Positions 47,357 through 48,026 of a DNA stretch of 48,026 nucleotides are shown here, piece by piece (within the stretch, counting starts at the first letter, position 1; each line of letters opens with the position of its first letter). The notes under the pieces were generated by a model that was given only the letters and a program-made list of their open reading frames with translations, ran no database searches and was not told where the DNA came from. Location of the stretch: the sequence record DRR723986_7057; one strand, 5' to 3'. Made by a program: the position numbers and the translations under genes.

Positions 47357-48026
47357 TTTTACGGTTGTAGTTCCTGTTTATAATGGTGGTGATATATGGC
47401 GTCAGTCAATTAGATCAATCTTGGATCAAGATATTGCTCCGCAAAAAGTTGTAGTAATCGATTCTAGTTCAACTGATGATAGTGCAAGTCTTGCAATAGA
47501 CGCTGGTTTCTGTGTTAAGACAATCGAAAAGTCCGATTTCGATCATGGAGGAACTAGGAGTGCTGCGCTCCAGTTTGTTGATACTGAAATAGTTATCTTT
47601 ATGACACAGGATGCGATTTTAGACAGCCCTAGTGCATTTCGGCGGATGCTAGACATTTTTCGAAATCAAAATGTTAGTGCTGCTTACGGGAGGCAATTGC
47701 CACACTATGACGCGAACCCACTAGCTAAGTATGCTAGGCAGAATAGCTATGGAGCTCAAGGGTATGTTACTTCAATAGAGGACGACTTTCCGAAAGGCTT
47801 TCGTAAGGCCTTTATGTCCAATTCTTTTGCAGCGTATAGAGTTCGTGACTTAACCGAATTGGGTGCGTTCCCCCAAAAGTTAATTCTTGGAGAAGACTCG
47901 TATTTCACTGCAAAAGCATTGGTTGCGGGGAAGTCGGCAGCCTATGTTGCGGATGCGAAAGTTAGGCACTCTCACAATTACAGCGTTCGAGAAGAGTTTA
48001 AGCGATATTTTGATATTGGAGTATTT
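47349..48026 (+). CDS. GT2 family rhamnosyltransferase (RfbN/WbaN-like), 3' end outside the window; not in the ORF track
   Basis: Hand translation from ATG 47349: MLDFTVVVPVYNGG...IDSSSTD...FDHGGTR...FMTQDA...AYGRQLP...SNSFAAYR...ILGED...VRHSHNYS..EEFKRYFDIGVF, with no stop before the window end. Confidence 0.88.
   Translation, partial: MLDFTVVVPVYNGGDIWRQSIRSILDQDIAPQKVVVIDSSSTDDSASLAIDAGFCVKTIEKSDFDHGGTRSAALQFVDTEIVIFMTQDAILDSPSAFRRMLDIFRNQNVSAAYGRQLPHYDANPLAKYARQNSYGAQGYVTSIEDDFPKGFRKAFMSNSFAAYRVRDLTELGAFPQKLILGEDSYFTAKALVAGKSAAYVADAKVRHSHNYSVREEFKRYFDIGVF

Overview
Chromosomal window from a GC-rich gammaproteobacterium. Gene content and order resemble Pseudomonadales/Cellvibrionales-type marine bacteria; this is inferred from gene order only. 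About 1-30 kb is mostly housekeeping: a TetR-associated catabolic-looking cluster (APH-family kinase, unknown beta-rich protein, DAP/amine-dehydrogenase-like enzyme), a GNAT, an RND pump pair, argH, a membrane-anchored beta-helix protein, hemCDXY, lptM-lysA-dapF-DUF484, cyaY, class I cyaA, hydantoinase/oxoprolinase A, mutM, ggt, a degenerate GIY-YIG protein, coaD and a 4Fe-4S ferredoxin. About 30-48 kb is a Wzy-dependent capsule/EPS locus. Export genes wzi-wza-wzc (no wzb) diverge from an AT-richer biosynthetic operon: wcaJ, neuA, a four-domain CBS-NeuB-SAF-TIM-barrel fusion, a sialyltransferase-like ORF, wzy, wzx, rmlBACD and a rhamnosyltransferase truncated by the window edge. The best candidate for an undescribed system is the minimal nonulosonic-acid module, which has no precursor-pathway genes in view. 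Intergenic regions carry a GTAG-type REP/REPIN family, including direct repeats bracketing mutM. I saw no rRNA, tRNA, CRISPR array, transposase or integrase. All family calls come from motif recognition by eye, not database searches.
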